Source of the DNA: Pseudomonadales bacterium
Lineage (GTDB): Bacteria; Pseudomonadota; Gammaproteobacteria; Pseudomonadales; UBA5518
Direction: 5' to 3'
NCBI GenBank assembly: GCA_018057015.1
Contig: JAGPES010000001.1
Coordinates: 1-43,942, forward strand
DNA length: 43,942 bases
The notes beneath the pieces were generated by a model. The model saw only the letters and a program-made list of their open reading frames with translations, was not told the DNA's origin and searched no databases. Numbering within the stretch: position 1 is the first letter of the stretch; every line of letters begins with the position of its first letter. Position numbers and translations under genes: made by a program. This document shows positions 7,439 to 15,480 of the stretch, one piece after another.

Positions 7439-9010
7439 TCAATCCGGCACCACTCCTGCCGGCCCGATGCGCGCGAGCAGCTCGTGCACCGCGGCCGCCC
7501 CGCAATCGGCGACGCGCAGCGTCCCGGGCTCCGCGGCGGGATCGGGAAACTCCGCGCTGGCCAGTTGCGCGGCGAGTACCTCGAGGTCGGCCTCCGAGGG
7601 ATCGCTCGCCGCGCGCCGGCGCGTCTCGATGCGCCGCTCCAGCTCGGCGCGCGGCGCCTCGCACAACAGGATGTGGAAGTCGACCCCGAGCGCCTGCGCC
7701 ACGCGGCGGAAATCCTCGCGATGCGCGCGCTTGATGAAGGTCGCATCCACGATCACGGGAAAGCCCGCCGCGATGACCTCCGCCGCCAGCTCCGCCAGCC
7801 GCGCGAAGGTGCGCGCGCTCGCCTGCGGCGTGTAGATATCCGGGGTGCCGGCCGCCTCGCGGCTGCTCGCCTGCGGCGCCAGCCCGTGCAGGCGCTTGCG
7901 CTCGACGTCGGAGCGCAGGCGGATCGCGCGCGCCTCGCCCGCCAGGGCCTCGGCCAGCGTCGACTTGCCGGAGCCCGACACGCCGCAGGTGATCGCGAGG
8001 AACGGCCGGCGCGTGCCGGCACAGCGCTCGGCGAGCGCGAGGTAGCGCCGGCAGCCCAGGTGCGCGGCACTGCCGCTCGCCACCGGCGGCCGCCCCGCGC
8101 CCAGCACGCTCACCTTGGCGCGCACCATCGCGCGGTAGGCGCAGAAGAAGTCGAGCAGCGCCAGCCCCGCGTAATCGCCGCTGCGCTCGAGCCAGGCATT
8201 CAGTGCCACGAAGCCGGCGGCGCCGTGGCCGCGGCTCTCGCAATCCATCACCAGGAAGGCCATCTCGTTCATCACGTCGATCCAGCTCAGCGCCGGATTG
8301 AACTCGATGGCGTCGAAGGCGAGCGCGCGTCCCGAGAGCAGCACGATGTTGCCCAGGTGCAGGTCACCGTGGCACTCGCGCACCAGGCCGCCCGCGTAGC
8401 GCGCCCACAGCAGCTGCTCGTGGCGGTGGAAATCCCGCCACGCCTGCTCCTCGAGGCGGTTGAGCTGCGCGATATCCCCGCTCTCGCGCAGGTATGGCCG
8501 CACCTGGCGAAAGTTCTGGTTGATCGCGTCGCGCACCCTGCCCGGGGTGCCACGCCCATCCTCGTGCCCGGGGCCGGCCACCGGCAGCCCGTCGTGGATT
8601 GCCGCGATCTCGGCGCCGAACCGGCGCCAGACCGCGATCCCCGGATCGGCGCGCGCGACCACGTCGGCGAGCAGCGCGTCGTCGGGGAACTGCCGCATGC
8701 GCACCGCGTACTCGATCACCTTGCCCGCCCCGCCGATCTCGGGCCCGTCCGCCGAGGCGGTGATCGCGACCACGTCGAGGTACAGCTCGGGCGCGTAGCG
8801 CCGGTTCACGCGCAGCTCCTCCTCGCAGAAGCGCTGGCGCAGCGCGAGCGTGGAGTAATCCAGGAAGCCGAGATCGAGCGGCTTCTTGATCTTGTAGGCA
8901 AAGTCCCCGGTCAGCAGCACCCAGGAGATGTGCGTTTCGACCACGCGTACCGGCCCGGCCGGATGCGGGAAGGCGCGCGCCTCTCGCAGCCCGTCGATCA
9001 GCGCGTTCAC
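7439..9010 (-). CDS. Bifunctional protein: N-terminal aminoglycoside-phosphotransferase-like kinase fold plus C-terminal P-loop (AAA_33-like) kinase domain, 523 aa
   Basis: ORF 7439..9010 with a GTG start and RBS GAGGCGG. The kinase catalytic loop is HGDLHLGNIV. The Walker A motif is GVSGSGKST in the C-terminal third. Confidence 0.8.
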   Translation of the reverse strand: MNALIDGLREARAFPHPAGPVRVVETHISWVLLTGDFAYKIKKPLDLGFLDYSTLALRQRFCEEELRVNRRYAPELYLDVVAITASADGPEIGGAGKVIEYAVRMRQFPDDALLADVVARADPGIAVWRRFGAEIAAIHDGLPVAGPGHEDGRGTPGRVRDAINQNFRQVRPYLRESGDIAQLNRLEEQAWRDFHRHEQLLWARYAGGLVRECHGDLHLGNIVLLSGRALAFDAIEFNPALSWIDVMNEMAFLVMDCESRGHGAAGFVALNAWLERSGDYAGLALLDFFCAYRAMVRAKVSVLGAGRPPVASGSAAHLGCRRYLALAERCAGTRRPFLAITCGVSGSGKSTLAEALAGEARAIRLRSDVERKRLHGLAPQASSREAAGTPDIYTPQASARTFARLAELAAEVIAAGFPVIVDATFIKRAHREDFRRVAQALGVDFHILLCEAPRAELERRIETRRRAASDPSEADLEVLAAQLASAEFPDPAAEPGTLRVADCGAAAVHELLARIGPAGVVPD

Positions 9011-9018
9011 GAGCCGCC

Positions 9019-9768
9019 TCAGGACAGCGTGGCGCCGTCGACGCGAATGTCCTCGCCGTTGACGTGCGCGCCGTCCTCCGAGGCGAGCATCGCGATCACG
9101 CCGGCCACGACTTCCGGCCCCTTCGGTCCGCTGAGCGAGCTGCAGCGCGCCATCCAGCTGAAATCGGCGCCACGGGGCATGCGCGAGGACTTCGACATCG
9201 GTGTCGCGATGTCACCGGGGCAGACGCAATTGGCGCGCAGTCCGGCGCGGGCGTACTCGACCGCGATGGTGCGCGTCATCGCGAGCACGGCACCCTTGGA
9301 CGCCGAGTAGGCGCCGCCCCACGGCAGCCCCGCCAGCGACGAGGTCGACGCAGCATTGACGATGTTGCCCCTGGTCGCGAGCAGATGCGGGATCGCCTCC
9401 CGGCACATCATGAAAGTGCCGTAGAGGTTGACCTCGACGATGCGGCGAAAATCGGCGAGCGCGATCTCGTGGAAGTGATCGAAGCGCAGGATGCCGGCCA
9501 TGTTGCTCAGGTGGTCGATGCGCCCGCAGGCGTCGACGCAGCCCTGCACGCAGGCGCGTACCGCGGCCTCGTCGCTGACATCGCAGGCGTGCGCCTCGGC
9601 ACGCCCGCCCGCGGCCTCGATCTGCCCCTTCGTTTCGTTGACACCCAGCTCGAACAGATCCACGCAGAACACGTGGGCTCCCTCGCTCGCCAGTCGCAGC
9701 GCCACGGCGCGCCCGATGCCCGAACCCGCGCCGGTGACCAGCGCCACCTTGCCCTCGAATCTGTTCAT
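9019..9768 (-). CDS. SDR family oxidoreductase, 249 aa
   Basis: Internal ATG 9768 of track ORF 9019..9909. The sequence reads MNRFEGKVALVTGAGSGIGRA...YSASKGAV. The stop lies 8 nt upstream of the kinase start. Confidence 0.85.
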   Translation of the reverse strand: MNRFEGKVALVTGAGSGIGRAVALRLASEGAHVFCVDLFELGVNETKGQIEAAGGRAEAHACDVSDEAAVRACVQGCVDACGRIDHLSNMAGILRFDHFHEIALADFRRIVEVNLYGTFMMCREAIPHLLATRGNIVNAASTSSLAGLPWGGAYSASKGAVLAMTRTIAVEYARAGLRANCVCPGDIATPMSKSSRMPRGADFSWMARCSSLSGPKGPEVVAGVIAMLASEDGAHVNGEDIRVDGATLS

Positions 9769-9970
9769 GTCCTGCTCTCCCGGCGCTTGCCGCAACGTAT
9801 GGGTAATTTTTCGCATGGTAATGGATTGCGCCCGAAAAACCATTCGCAACAGGCAGTTGGCGCTGACCGCTATTGTTAATTCGTGCCGAGCCAAATTGTC
9901 ATTGCGCATCCGCCCCCAGGGCTTAACATCGACCGTCTACCCAACCGGCTGTTCTGCCCAAGGATGCAGT

Positions 9971-11164
9971 ATGGAAGAACTGGAACAGTTTCGCGTCGAG
10001 GTTCGGGAGTGGCTCGAGGCAAACTGCCCTGCCTCGCAGCGCCTGCCCATCACGTCCGGGGAACAGTACTGGGGCGGGCGCAACGGCAGCTTCCCCTCAG
10101 AAGACGCGCGCGTGTGGTTCGAACGCATGCTCGCCAAAGGCTGGACCGTGCCCGAGTGGCCGCGCGAGTACGGCGGCGGCGGGCTCGATGCACAGCAGGC
10201 GCGCATCCTCAAGAAGGAGATGGCGCGCCTGGGTTGCCGCACGCCGCTCTATGGCCTGGGTATCTGGATGCTCGGACCGGCGCTGCTGGAATACGGCAAC
10301 GAGGAGCAGAAGCGCGTGCACCTGCGTGCCATCGCCGAGGGACGGCTGCGCTGGTGCCAGGGTTACAGCGAACCGGGCGCGGGTTCCGATCTGGCGAGCC
10401 TGCAGACACGCGCGGAAGACCGCGGTGACCACTTCCTCGTGAACGGCTCCAAGATCTGGACCTCGCAGGCGGATCGTTCCGACTGGATCTTCTGCCTGGT
10501 GCGCACCGACCCCCAGGCACGCAAGCAACAGGGCATCAGCTTCCTGCTGATCGACATGGCCACGCCGGGCGTCTCGGTATCACCGATCGAGCTGATCAGC
10601 GGCAGTTCCGAGTTCTGCCAGACCTTCTTCGACAACGTGCGCGTGCCCAAGGAGAACCTGGTCGGCGAGCTGAACGCCGGCTGGAGCGTGGCGAAGGCGC
10701 TGCTCAAGCACGAGCGCAAGCTGATGTCCGAACTCGGCAGCGAGTCGGCGAGCGCCGAGTACCAGCCGATCGAGTGCGCGCGGATCTATCTCCCGCTCGA
10801 GGAGGGACGAGTGGCCGACGCGGTGATGCGCGACGCGCTCGCGCGCCACGAGATGCAGATGCACGCCATCGGTCTCACGCAGCTGCGCATACTCGAGGAA
10901 TCGCGCGCGGGCACCGGCACCGGGCTCACCCCGCTGATCATGAAGTACTGCGGCACGGAGGAGGAAAAGCGCAAGAAGGAGCTGATGCTCGCGATGATGG
11001 GCAGCCAGGGCCTCGGCTGGGAGGGCGAGGAGTTCAACGCCGCCGAGATCGACACCGCGCGACAATGCCTGTTCTCGAAGGCGATCAGCATCGCCGGCGG
11101 CACGACCGAGGTGCAGCTCAACATCATCGCCAAGCGCGCCCTCGACCTTCCCGGCGTCACCTGA
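9971..11164 (+). CDS. Acyl-CoA dehydrogenase family protein, 397 aa
   Basis: Internal ATG 9971 of track ORF 9491..11164. Motifs WCQGYSEPGAGSDLASL, FLVNGSKIWTS and the C-terminal IAGGTTEVQLNIIAKRAL are ACAD signatures. Confidence 0.9.
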   Translation: MEELEQFRVEVREWLEANCPASQRLPITSGEQYWGGRNGSFPSEDARVWFERMLAKGWTVPEWPREYGGGGLDAQQARILKKEMARLGCRTPLYGLGIWMLGPALLEYGNEEQKRVHLRAIAEGRLRWCQGYSEPGAGSDLASLQTRAEDRGDHFLVNGSKIWTSQADRSDWIFCLVRTDPQARKQQGISFLLIDMATPGVSVSPIELISGSSEFCQTFFDNVRVPKENLVGELNAGWSVAKALLKHERKLMSELGSESASAEYQPIECARIYLPLEEGRVADAVMRDALARHEMQMHAIGLTQLRILEESRAGTGTGLTPLIMKYCGTEEEKRKKELMLAMMGSQGLGWEGEEFNAAEIDTARQCLFSKAISIAGGTTEVQLNIIAKRALDLPGVT

Positions 11165-11188
11165 AGCATCCGCACCGGAACCGACCAC

Positions 11189-12328
11189 ATGGCACTCACA
11201 CTGAACGAGGAGCAGCGCCTGCTGCGCGAAACGGCCCGGGAATTCCTCGGCGCCAACGCCCCGGTCACCGCGCTGCGCGCGTTGCGCAACTCGCGCGACC
11301 CGCTCGGCTACTCGCGCGAGCTGTGGGCGCAGATGGCCGCGCTCGGCTGGGCCGGGATCATCGTCCCGGAGGAATTCGGCGGACTGGGCTTCGGCTTCGC
11401 GGGGCTCGGCGCGGTGATCGAGGAGACCGGCCGCACGCTCACCGCGTCACCGCTGTTCGCGACCTGCGTGCTCGGCGCCTCGACCGTGCTGCTGGCCGGT
11501 TCACGGGCGCAGAAGGAAGCGGTGCTGCCGCGCGTCGCGCGCGGCGAGCTGTGCCTCGCGCTGGCGCTGGAGGAATCGCATCGCCACGATGCGCCCGGCG
11601 TGCGCCTCGAGGCGACTCGCCACGGCGAGGGCTTTCGCCTCAACGGCAGCAAGCAGTTCGTGCTGGACGGCCACAGCGCCGACCAGCTGGTGGTGGTCGC
11701 GCGCAGCCGTGGCGAGCCCGGCGAGACGGACGGCATCAGCCTGTTCCTGGTGGACGCCAACGCGCCCGGCATCACGCGCAGGCGCTCGATCCTGATGGAC
11801 AGCCGCAACGCCGCGCGCATCGAGTTCCTCGACGTCGACGTAAGCGCCGATGCGCTGCTCGGCGCCGAAGGCGGGGCCTGGCCGGCGCTGGAGCAGGTAC
11901 TCGATCGCGGTCGCGCGGCCATCGCGGCCGAAATGCTCGGCGGCGTGCAGGAGACCTTCGAGCGCACCGTCGACTACCTCAAGCAGCGCGAGCAGTTCGG
12001 CACGAAGATCGGCACCTTCCAGGCGCTGCAGCACCGCGCCGCGCACATGTTCTCGGAGATCGAGCTGCTGAAGAGCGCGGTGCTCGACGCCTGTTCCGGC
12101 GTGGACGCGAACCCGGCCCTGCTGCCGCTGTCGGCGAGCCTCGCCAAGGCGAAGGCCAACGACACCTTCGAGCTGGTCAGCAACGAGGCGGTGCAGATGC
12201 ACGGCGGCATCGGCACCACCGACGAGCTCGACATCGGGCTGTTCCTGAAACGCTCGCGCGTGGCGATGCAGATCCTCGGCGACGCGCGCTTTCACCGCGC
12301 GCGGTATGCAACGTTGCGGGGATTCTGA
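11189..12328 (+). CDS. Acyl-CoA dehydrogenase family protein (probable partner subunit), 379 aa
   Basis: ORF 11189..12328 begins 24 nt after the preceding ACAD. Motifs are FRLNGSKQFVLDG, REQFGTKIGTFQALQHR and VQMHGGIGTTDELDIGLFLKRS. Confidence 0.9.
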   Translation: MALTLNEEQRLLRETAREFLGANAPVTALRALRNSRDPLGYSRELWAQMAALGWAGIIVPEEFGGLGFGFAGLGAVIEETGRTLTASPLFATCVLGASTVLLAGSRAQKEAVLPRVARGELCLALALEESHRHDAPGVRLEATRHGEGFRLNGSKQFVLDGHSADQLVVVARSRGEPGETDGISLFLVDANAPGITRRRSILMDSRNAARIEFLDVDVSADALLGAEGGAWPALEQVLDRGRAAIAAEMLGGVQETFERTVDYLKQREQFGTKIGTFQALQHRAAHMFSEIELLKSAVLDACSGVDANPALLPLSASLAKAKANDTFELVSNEAVQMHGGIGTTDELDIGLFLKRSRVAMQILGDARFHRARYATLRGF

Positions 12329-12340
12329 TTCACGCGCTTG

Positions 12341-12545
12341 TGTAGGTCCGAATTTATTCGGACAGGTGCCTGCCCAAAGGCACTTGTCAGCATGAATGCT
12401 GACCCACAGGTGCCTGCCCAAAGGCACTTGTCAGCATGAATGCTGACCCACAGGTGCCTGCCCAAAGGCACTTGTCAGCATGAATGCTGACCCACAGGTG
12501 CCTGCCCAAAGGCACTTGTCAGCTACAATGCTCACCCACAGGAAA
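12341..12545. repeat. REP array: one plus-strand REP (tGTAGGTCCGAATTTATTCGGAC) followed by four tandem 44-bp units, three identical and one decayed
   Basis: Units at 12363-12406, 12407-12450 and 12451-12494 are identical: CAGGTGCCTGCCCAAAGGCACTTGTCAGCATGAATGCTGACCCA. The fourth unit at 12495-12538 is degenerate. Each unit holds two hairpins (GTGCCT/AGGCAC and GTCAGCAT/ATGCTGAC). Read on the minus strand each unit starts GTGG + palindrome. Confidence 0.85.
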
Positions 12546-12582
12546 GCAGCATTCCCACAAGGGTTCAGCGTGCCGCCGCTAT

Positions 12583-13290
12583 CTATGGCGCATCCCGTCG
12601 CCGGGCTAACGCCCACGGCAGCTGCAGCAGCACGAAGCCAGCGAGCGCCACGGCCATCATCGCGCCGATGCGCCAGGGCCAGGGACCCAGCAGGTCGAGC
12701 AGCGTGGGTTGCGGCAGTGTCACCGGGCCGACGTAGCCGTAGTTGAAGCCGGTGAGCAGGTCGAATGGCAGGATCAGCGCGAGGTACAGCAGCGCCAGCG
12801 CGTAGGCCTGCGCGCATTCGCGCCAGCCCGGCCGGAAACCCTCCACCGCGAGCGCATAGACGGCGGCGCCGGTGATGTTCGCGTGCGGTACCCAGAACAT
12901 CCAGAACACGATGCTGGCCGGCCCGTGATGAAGGTCAGGCGTGACGATCGCCTGCACGCTGAATGCAAGGCCCCAGAAATACAGCACCCCGAGCAGCAGC
13001 CGCGAGCGCCGCCACAGCGCGAGTGGCGCCAGGATGCCGGCGATGTCGCAGATCTGCAGCGGCAGGTTCTCGGAGGCCACGTAGACGCAGGGCAGCAGCT
13101 GCCCGCCGTTGGCAATGCCCCAGGCGAGCGCCATCGATGCGCAAAGCCACGCCCGCCAGCGCGCCTCCAGCGCGCCGCCGGCCACGCGCCGCCCGCCGGC
13201 GACCAGCGCCAGCCAGGCGGCGGCAAAGAACAGCACCGTCGCGAGGTGCAGCGCAGAGAAATTCTCGAAGCGGGCCGCCCACTCAGGCAT
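12583..13290 (-). CDS. TIGR02206 / YwaF (TMEM164-like) family integral membrane protein, 235 aa
   Basis: ORF 12583..13290 is polytopic and hydrophobic. It carries motif LPLQICDIAG (family-typical LPLH/Q-x-C as I recall it) and FWGLAFSVQAIVTP. Confidence 0.6.
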   Translation of the reverse strand: MPEWAARFENFSALHLATVLFFAAAWLALVAGGRRVAGGALEARWRAWLCASMALAWGIANGGQLLPCVYVASENLPLQICDIAGILAPLALWRRSRLLLGVLYFWGLAFSVQAIVTPDLHHGPASIVFWMFWVPHANITGAAVYALAVEGFRPGWRECAQAYALALLYLALILPFDLLTGFNYGYVGPVTLPQPTLLDLLGPWPWRIGAMMAVALAGFVLLQLPWALARRRDAP

Positions 13291-13311
13291 CGCGGGTGCG
13301 CGCCGCGCGCC

Positions 13312-13485
13312 TCATTCTTCCATCAGGTCGAAGTCGAACTTGCTGATGCCACAATCCGGGCACTCGAAATCCGCGGGGACATCCTCCCAGCGCGTGCCCG
13401 GCGCGATGCCCTTGTCCGGCAGGCCGAGGGCTTCGTCGTAGATGAAGCCGCAGATCACGCATTCCCATTTCCTGTAGGCGCTCAT
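13312..13485 (-). CDS. Rubredoxin, 57 aa (absent from the supplied ORF track)
   Basis: My translation is MSAYRKWECVICGFIYDEALGLPDKGIAPGTRWEDVPADFECPDCGISKFDFDLMEE. It has two CxxCG knuckles (CVICG, CPDCG) and a conserved aromatic core. RBS GGAGTG lies 5 nt before the ATG. Track ORF 13283..13492 is the wrong frame. Confidence 0.9.
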   Translation of the reverse strand: MSAYRKWECVICGFIYDEALGLPDKGIAPGTRWEDVPADFECPDCGISKFDFDLMEE

Positions 13486-13504
13486 GTATCACTCCGTCCG
13501 AAAA

Positions 13505-15034
13505 TCATGTGCGTTCGCGGGCCCGGCGCGGCTCCCGCGCGCGCGCGTGCAGCCGGTCCAGGCAGGCACGGAACGTCCGGCTCACCGCCGTGGTGTTCTT
13601 GATCATCTCGAGGTAGGGCCAGGTGATGCGCGCACCGATCGCCACGAACGCGGTCTCTTCCGCGTGGGACTGGTCGCTGAAAAGCTTGAAAACGTGCGCC
13701 GGGCTGCGCGGCGGAACCAGTGTGATGTCGCCGCGGTAATCCTGGATCAGCACGGAGCGCAGCTTGTCGATCGCGAAGTTGACGTTGTCGAAGGGTATGC
13801 CCTTCTGCACCAGCTGCATGGAGAAATTGGTGGTCTCCTTGAACAGGCGTGTCGCGTACTGCCGCGCGAGCGAGCCGGCGTCGTTGCCCTGCTGGGCGCG
13901 GCGCGAGGCGAAGGGCAGCACCAGCGGGTTCACAAGGCTCACGATCGAGTGGTTCACGCCGTAGAGGCGCGTGAGACGGCGTATCGGCAGGTCGTCACCG
14001 ATGGATCCGTCGAGGAACTTGCGGTTCTTCAGGTAGGGGATGATCTCGCCGTTGATGGTCTTGGCCAGCAGCTCGACGGGGGGCAGCAGGAAGGGCGCCG
14101 CGCAGGAGGCTCGCACCGCGCTGTTGATCACCACGTTCGGCGATGTGCGGTGATTCAGCAGTCGCCCCTCGTCCAGCGGATCGTAGGCCGAGACCGTGAT
14201 GTTGATCGCGCGGCCGCTGTGACGGAACGCCTCCTGGAAGCTCATCTCCCGGATGCGCTCCTTCAGCTTGGCGCTGAAGTGCTCGACGTCGAAGAGGTAA
14301 CCCCGCGGTGGCGAGTTCCACTTGATCAGCCCGACCAGCGACTCGCGGTGCGTCATCACCTCGCGCAGTTCCTCGTCGTTGTGCGTGCCGAGCATCGCGG
14401 CGACGATCGAGCCGGCGCTCGAGCCCGAGATCACGTGCGGCAGCAGGCCGTTCTCCCAAAGCGACTTGACCACCCCCATGTGGTAGATGCCGAGCGCGGC
14501 GCCGCCGCTCAGCATCAGGCTGGACTGGCCGAAGGTCTGGCTGGTGGCCTCGAAGTACTCGATCTTCTCGGCCAGGGAGATCTCGCCCGACTCGTCGTCG
14601 CAGAGCCAGTCCAGCGACTCGCAGACTTCGTCCAGGTAATGCTCGATCAGGCGCTTGGTGCCGAAGCGCGTGAACCGGTAGAGCATCGGGTTGGAAATAT
14701 TGCCGAGGTTCCCGTGCAGGCCTTCCTGCAGGATGAACATCAGGCGGCGCAGGTAGCCCCCTTCGCGGGCGCCGAGAATCTGCGCCAGGCGGCGCTGGAT
14801 CAGCTTGTAGTCGTAGAACGGCGAGGCATCCGCGAACTTCCACTCCTCGAGCCCCGCCTCCTTGTCGTAGCTCATCGCCGCTTCGCGCCAGCCGCCGTAA
14901 CTGGTGGCGCCCTCCATGGCCTCCTCGAGGCGCGCGAGGCGGCGGTTGCGCCGCCCGAGGAGGGCAAAATCCGGCAGCGCTTCGGCAAGCGCGCGCATCG
15001 CCGGCCGGATCACCAGCCGCCCCGTCAGGGGCAT
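13505..15034 (-). CDS. Patatin-like phospholipase/triacylglycerol lipase with N-terminal DUF3336-type region, about 509 aa (start uncertain: 15034, 15100 or TTG 15160)
   Basis: Track ORF 13505..15160. The oxyanion motif is SGGAALGIYHMG, the nucleophile is GSSAGS (GxSxG) and the Asp dyad is FLDGSIGDD. The N-terminal region YGGWREAAMSYDKEAGLEEWKFADASPFYDYKLI is typical of DUF3336 lipases. Confidence 0.85.
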   Translation of the reverse strand: MPLTGRLVIRPAMRALAEALPDFALLGRRNRRLARLEEAMEGATSYGGWREAAMSYDKEAGLEEWKFADASPFYDYKLIQRRLAQILGAREGGYLRRLMFILQEGLHGNLGNISNPMLYRFTRFGTKRLIEHYLDEVCESLDWLCDDESGEISLAEKIEYFEATSQTFGQSSLMLSGGAALGIYHMGVVKSLWENGLLPHVISGSSAGSIVAAMLGTHNDEELREVMTHRESLVGLIKWNSPPRGYLFDVEHFSAKLKERIREMSFQEAFRHSGRAINITVSAYDPLDEGRLLNHRTSPNVVINSAVRASCAAPFLLPPVELLAKTINGEIIPYLKNRKFLDGSIGDDLPIRRLTRLYGVNHSIVSLVNPLVLPFASRRAQQGNDAGSLARQYATRLFKETTNFSMQLVQKGIPFDNVNFAIDKLRSVLIQDYRGDITLVPPRSPAHVFKLFSDQSHAEETAFVAIGARITWPYLEMIKNTTAVSRTFRACLDRLHARAREPRRARERT

Positions 15035-15192
15035 CTCGAATATCGATGAAGACTGTCTGTCCGTTCGCTGGCGCAACTTGTTGCCTCCCCGGGGGAACAT
15101 CACGGCTTGTCCATTATGGCACGTGAACCCGATTGGCAACCGACCCGGGAACGCGCACAATCTTGATGTGAATCAGGTCCGGGGAGCAGGCA

Positions 15193-15471
15193 ATGAGCCG
15201 CATCTACATCCAGCGCGATCACGAGCTCGACAACCGGACGCTGCGCAAGCGCGCAGAGAGGCTCGCCAGGCAATTGCAGGACGAGTTCGGGGGCGACTAC
15301 CGCTGGGAAGGCAATACGGTCCACTACAACTATTCCGGTGGCATCGACGCGCGCCTGACCCTGCAGGACGACGACATCCTCGTCGACGTGAAGCTCGGGG
15401 TGCTGATGCTCTTGCTGAAGAACCGCCTGCAACAGGAAATCGAGCGCTACCTCGACAAGCATCTCGCCTGA
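15193..15471 (+). CDS. Putative polyhydroxyalkanoic acid system protein (TIGR02610, PHA_gran_rgn), 92 aa
   Basis: ORF 15193..15471 reads MSRIYIQRDHELDNRTLRKRAERLARQLQDEFGGDYRWEGNTVHYNYSGGIDARLTL...VDVKLGVLMLLLKNRLQQEIERYLDKHL, which matches my memory of this about 90-aa family. RBS is GGGGAG. The gene is divergent from the lipase gene. Confidence 0.7.
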   Translation: MSRIYIQRDHELDNRTLRKRAERLARQLQDEFGGDYRWEGNTVHYNYSGGIDARLTLQDDDILVDVKLGVLMLLLKNRLQQEIERYLDKHLA

Positions 15472-15480
15472 TACGGCCCA

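Noticed and set aside
9769-9970. Lower-GC 200-bp divergent region between the SDR and the first ACAD, with short inverted repeats (TTTTTCG/CGAAAAA) that might be an operator.
   Set aside because: Only a 7-bp inverted repeat could be confirmed by eye. No regulator gene is adjacent and no recognisable promoter hexamers with correct spacing were found, so it is too weak to call.
12341-12545. Regularly spaced 44-bp repeats, and 31-bp repeats at 21754-21846, that might be taken for CRISPR arrays.
   Set aside because: The units abut directly with no unique spacers. Each unit is itself a hairpin pair with a GT[AG]G head, as in REP/BIME elements. No cas genes or leader are present.
13283-13492. Track ORF of 69 aa (MIHERLQEMGMRDL...) between the lipase and the membrane protein.
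   Set aside because: It is the wrong frame. The overlapping frame encodes a textbook rubredoxin with two CxxCG motifs and a proper RBS.
13505-15034. The patatin-like phospholipase as a possible anti-phage effector of the CBASS or related type.
   Set aside because: It has a DUF3336-type N-terminal region typical of TGL-like neutral-lipid lipases. It neighbours PHA and lipid genes. No cyclase, sensor or other defence-associated gene is nearby.
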